37,122 nucleotides of DNA. Origin: a virus (lineage: Duplodnaviria > Caudoviricetes). The translations under genes were made by a program, and so were the position numbers. Below are positions 34,014 through 37,122 of this stretch, piece after piece. Location of the stretch: IMG/VR virus record IMGVR_UViG_3300032219_001489, positions 1-37,122 of that record, one strand, 5' to 3'. Every line of letters starts with the position of its first letter. Within the stretch, counting starts at the first letter, position 1. The notes beneath the pieces were generated by a model that made no database searches, had not been told where the DNA came from, and saw only the letters and a program-made list of their open reading frames with translations.

Positions 34014-35030
34014 TTACGCGTTGGCGGCGTCGATCTTGGCGTGGGCCTGTGGGTTGGTCGGAACCAGGGCCACGATGGCCTCCACGATGCCGCGACGACC
34101 GGCACCGAGATCAGGGAGCTCGGTGAAGTACGGGGCGGTGTGGGTGCGGAGCTCGCAGAACTCGGGATCGATGATGTATCCCGTGCGGGTGGTCGGCAGG
34201 AAGGCGCTCAGGTGGAGCTCCAGATTGCCGTAGTCGCCGCTGTAGATATCCACAACGGAGCTGACCATCTTGCTGTTCACGTCCTGATTGTAGAAACGCA
34301 CAGGCGTGTTGCTTGTCTTACTTGGTAAGTATCTCGAGAAGTCGCTCACGCTATTCTTGACATCGCTTCCGACGATGGCGAGGAGGTCCCCACCCTTGCC
34401 GGTCACGCTCCAGCGCTGCTGAAGCACGCCACGGAGGGAATCCTCGGTGAAGGCACTCAGGTTCCCCGAATAGATCTGGGAGCTGGAGAGCAGCACGTTG
34501 GACTGACCGAGGGCGACGGAATCGGCCGTTGCGCTGAGCCACTGACCAAGACCACGGGTCTTGTAGGCGACCGAGCCGGTTCCGGCCACGGCGCCATTGG
34601 CGCTCAGGCAGGTGGCCTCGATGTCGCGCTTGACCATGACCACGGCCTTGGCCTTCGCACGGGCGAATTCCGTGGCTCCGGCCACACCCTGGGGGTCGGG
34701 GTTGTTGACACCGGCGACGGTGGCGACGGTCTCCTCCAGGCGGCTGACGCCGGGGACGCGGCGGAACTGCTGGATGTAGGTGCCGATGCGGTAACGGGTC
34801 GACGCGAAGTCGGCAGCATCGGTGTAGGCAACCTCGGTTCCGTCAACGGTTCCGGCGGTGCTGGTGGAGGGATAGGAATCCACGAGCCACTCAACGTAGG
34901 CGTTGGTGGGCTTCTTGGAGCCTTTCTTGATGGAAGACGTCAGGACGGTTTCCTTGGCGTCGACGACGGCGATGATGTCGGAGAGGTCTTCCCTCTTGCC
35001 GACCGAATTGAGATAGCTTGTAGCTGCCAT
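34014..35030 (-). CDS. Major capsid protein (DUF5309/SU10-like)
   Basis: GKREDLSDII...EWLVD...YIQQFRR...KRDIEAT...TRGLG...VDIYSGDYG; follows scaffold. Confidence 0.88.
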   Translation of the reverse strand: MAATSYLNSVGKREDLSDIIAVVDAKETVLTSSIKKGSKKPTNAYVEWLVDSYPSTSTAGTVDGTEVAYTDAADFASTRYRIGTYIQQFRRVPGVSRLEETVATVAGVNNPDPQGVAGATEFARAKAKAVVMVKRDIEATCLSANGAVAGTGSVAYKTRGLGQWLSATADSVALGQSNVLLSSSQIYSGNLSAFTEDSLRGVLQQRWSVTGKGGDLLAIVGSDVKNSVSDFSRYLPSKTSNTPVRFYNQDVNSKMVSSVVDIYSGDYGNLELHLSAFLPTTRTGYIIDPEFCELRTHTAPYFTELPDLGAGRRGIVEAIVALVPTNPQAHAKIDAANA

Positions 35031-35107
35031 AGTGTTAGGTGATTAGGCTTTAGGTTTTAGGGTTCTAAAGCTGGATGTTTGTTTGGGTGTTTGAGTTGTT
35101 TGGGGTT

Positions 35108-36160
35108 TTACCCGCCGAAGTAGGCCGTGAGGTCGTCCATGGATCCCGATCCGATCACTCGGTCGAGGCGTCCTGACTTCCCCTTGGTGCTGGCGGCGGG
35201 TGGGCGGCTTGCCGAGGGCTTGGGAATCGCCGGGGCGATCACCTTCCTCGAGGGGGCCGCAAGTGCTGCTTTGCTTGCGTCGGTGCCTTTTGTTTCAGCG
35301 GCTGACTTGGACTGGGACTTTGCTGCCTCCTCAAAGCGGGCTTTCTGACCTCGGAATGCGTCACCGAAGATCATCTCGTAGTTAGCGAGACGCTTGAGCG
35401 CGGGCACCTGCTTGAGGGTTTCGACCATGACCTTGTGCTCGGCCGATCCCACCTTGAAGAGTTCGGGATAGGTTGCCTTGGCCTCGGGGAGGATCGCCTC
35501 GCGCTGGGCAAGGTACTCCTTGCGGGACGGGGCGTGGTCGGTGAGGAGGGCGTCGGTCTGGGCGATGAACTTCGCCATCTCGCTTCGGTCGACATAGCGC
35601 TCGCTGCCGTCGGGATTGGTCACCGTGGCGCCGTCCGGATTGGCCAGTGCCCAGGCGCGGACCTTCTTGGCCGCGCTGACCTTGGCTTCCAGTTCGGACA
35701 TTGAGTCGAGATCGGCAAGGGGATCCTCGGCCGTGGCCTCGAGCTTGATGACGGATCGTTTCTCGACTTCGGCCTTCAGGCTCTCGTTTTCGGCACGGAG
35801 TGACTCGGCAGCGGACTCGGCCTCCTTGCGGCGGCGGGTCAGCTTGTCGATGCGCTTTTCGAGCTTCTCGATTCCCTTGGGCTTTTCCTCGGAGTCTTTC
35901 TCCTCGGAGTCTTCCTCATCTTTGTTGTCGTCATCCTTGGAGTCGTCCTCGGATTCGGCATCCTCAGTCGTCTCAGTCTCTGTCCCCGCATTCTCCTCCT
36001 CGGTCTCGGCATCCGGAGGATCGGGCTCTTGCTTGCTCTTGGAGTCTTTCGACTTGCCAAGTGCCTGAGCCACCTCGGGTGGGAGATGATCAAGGATATC
36101 ACTGAAGGATTCCTCAGACTCGGGTGCGGGTGCTGCTGTCTCTTGGGTGCTTTCGCTCAT
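35108..36160 (-). CDS. Capsid scaffolding protein
   Basis: Very acidic N-terminus, KRIDKLTRRRKEAE coiled coil, directly upstream of MCP. Confidence 0.8.
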   Translation of the reverse strand: MSESTQETAAPAPESEESFSDILDHLPPEVAQALGKSKDSKSKQEPDPPDAETEEENAGTETETTEDAESEDDSKDDDNKDEEDSEEKDSEEKPKGIEKLEKRIDKLTRRRKEAESAAESLRAENESLKAEVEKRSVIKLEATAEDPLADLDSMSELEAKVSAAKKVRAWALANPDGATVTNPDGSERYVDRSEMAKFIAQTDALLTDHAPSRKEYLAQREAILPEAKATYPELFKVGSAEHKVMVETLKQVPALKRLANYEMIFGDAFRGQKARFEEAAKSQSKSAAETKGTDASKAALAAPSRKVIAPAIPKPSASRPPAASTKGKSGRLDRVIGSGSMDDLTAYFGG

Positions 36161-36177
36161 GAGTTTTTATACGGCCC

Positions 36178-36252
36178 TCAAGAGGCCTTGTTGTCAGCAC
36201 TTGCCTTTGCCCCGCGTGATGCGGTGCCGATCGAAGCGCAGGAAGATCCCAT
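36178..36252 (-). CDS. Leader mini-ORF MGSSCASIGTASRGAKASADNKAS (24 aa)
   Basis: ATG 7 nt after the -10 box of promoter copy 5; stop 17 nt before the scaffold ATG. Confidence 0.45.
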   Translation of the reverse strand: MGSSCASIGTASRGAKASADNKAS

Positions 36253-36259
36253 GCGGGGG

Positions 36260-36295
36260 AGTATCGGTCACCGACGGGTCGAGCTTAATGGGGGA
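36260..36295 (-). promoter_or_regulatory. Putative late promoter copy 5: TCCCCCATTAAGCTC-N15-GATACT
   Basis: Exact motif 36281-36295. Confidence 0.78.
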
Positions 36296-36364
36296 AATTC
36301 ATCCGCACCGCGGATGAATGTGAGTCGAGGGTCGACCCTCGTCTCTAGACCCTCGTCTCTCGAC

Positions 36365-36679
36365 TTAGGCCTGCCTCTGCCTCATGGCTTCGGCACGCAG
36401 GTTGAGCAGATACTCTTCCAGGCGGTCGAGCCCGTTCTCTCCGCCGAGGGCAAAGATGGTCTCCCGCTCGCTCTTGATGATGGCCTTGGCCTCGCTCCGC
36501 GCCTCGGTTCGCGCACGGTCGATCACCTCGAGGACTGCCTGCAGCACCGGATGATCAGCATCGACGGCCAAGGCACCGACGAGGGCCGCGTCATCCATGC
36601 GAGTTGCGCGGAGAATTTCAACCCGAGGTTGAAATATGGCCAAGAGTCGAGAGACGAGGGTCGAGAGCAGCTTCTTCAT
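36365..36679 (-). CDS. Hypothetical protein between portal and scaffold
   Basis: 104 aa, ATGA-coupled. Confidence 0.7.
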   Translation of the reverse strand: MKKLLSTLVSRLLAIFQPRVEILRATRMDDAALVGALAVDADHPVLQAVLEVIDRARTEARSEAKAIIKSERETIFALGGENGLDRLEEYLLNLRAEAMRQRQA

Positions 36680-36795
36680 TTCTTGGATTTTGCAGCTTCA
36701 AACATCGCCAGGAGCTTTTGCGCCGGGGTCAGTTTCTTAAATACGACTTTGGACTTCTTCATTTTCTCTGCGCCTCGGCGTTTCTGCGGGATCAT
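36676..36795 (-). CDS. 39-aa Lys-rich peptide (alternative start 36762)
   Basis: MIPQKRRGAEKMKKSKVVFKKLTPAQKLLAMFEAAKSKK; ATGA overlaps with the portal stop and the next start. Confidence 0.55.
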   Translation of the reverse strand: MIPQKRRGAEKMKKSKVVFKKLTPAQKLLAMFEAAKSKK

Positions 36796-37122
36796 TGGTT
36801 CCCCTGCCCCGCCTCAAGGACGGGGGCCGTGCCGACCCGTCCGATTTGGGCGTTGCCTTGCTGTTGCAACTGGAAGTTCAGGAACTTGATCCGGTTCTCC
36901 ACCATCTTGGAGAGCACCGGCCGGGCGGCGATCATCTGCTGCAGCTCGGGATTCATTTGGATCGACTGCTGGAGTGTCTGCAGCCGGAGCTGATAGTTCA
37001 TCCCGGCCTGCGGCTCCATCTTGGGCTCCACTCCGGCCACCATTTGGGTCAGGGCATTCTGCTCGTCGCTGACCTGTGCCTGGGTCGCCTGATCCATCGG
37101 CTGGAGCACGGCTCCCGCCATG
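36792..37122 (-). CDS. Portal protein, C-terminal part
   Basis: Gln-rich C-terminus in frame with 1..1970 across the junction. Confidence 0.85.
   Translation of the reverse strand, partial: MAGAVLQPMDQATQAQVSDEQNALTQMVAGVEPKMEPQAGMNYQLRLQTLQQSIQMNPELQQMIAARPVLSKMVENRIKFLNFQLQQQGNAQIGRVGTAPVLEAGQGNQ

Noticed and set aside
2000-36295. The 15-bp motif as a dispersed mini-CRISPR repeat or mobile-element end
   Set aside because: Single oriented copies with fixed spacing to a -10 box and ATG; no cas, transposase or target-site duplications.
37000-37122. Biological terminal repeat of the virion DNA
   Set aside because: Falls mid-portal gene and is the size expected of an assembler overlap; real termini cannot be read from this sequence.
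1-37122. Host assignment (repeat style and weak SD use suggest a PVC-group, e.g. verrucomicrobial, host)
   Set aside because: Impression only; needs a tRNA-core or CRISPR-spacer match.

Overview
The window is a complete, circularly permuted temperate tailed-phage genome of 36,999 unique bp. Positions 1-123 are identical to 37000-37122, and the portal ORF reads through that junction. The architecture is podovirus-like: no tape measure or tail tube, but internal/ejection-type proteins. Nearly all genes are on the minus strand: a tightly coupled early/replication operon (Xis-like, TerS-like, initiator, DnaB, dNMP kinase, SSB-like, TerL), then portal, scaffold, major capsid, adaptor, tail fibre/nozzle, lysis and ejection genes, ending in a 1420-aa polyvalent-type protein and a metallophosphoesterase. 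A short plus-strand block holds an RHH repressor, accessory genes, attP and a tyrosine integrase. The most unusual signals are non-coding. (1) A 15-bp motif, TCCCCCATTAAGCTC-N15-(-10 box), occurs five times, each followed 6-8 nt later by an ATG that opens either the portal gene or a 16-24-codon mini-ORF ending next to the start of a structural gene. (2) Inverted arrays of 7/8-bp tandem repeats bracket these promoters and the whole lysis cassette, so that an mRNA stem would bring the upstream stop next to the downstream start. (3) The attP carries the 5' half of tRNA-Thr(CGT) with its own promoter, instead of the usual 3' half. Protein calls rest on motifs and gene order only; no database search was run.
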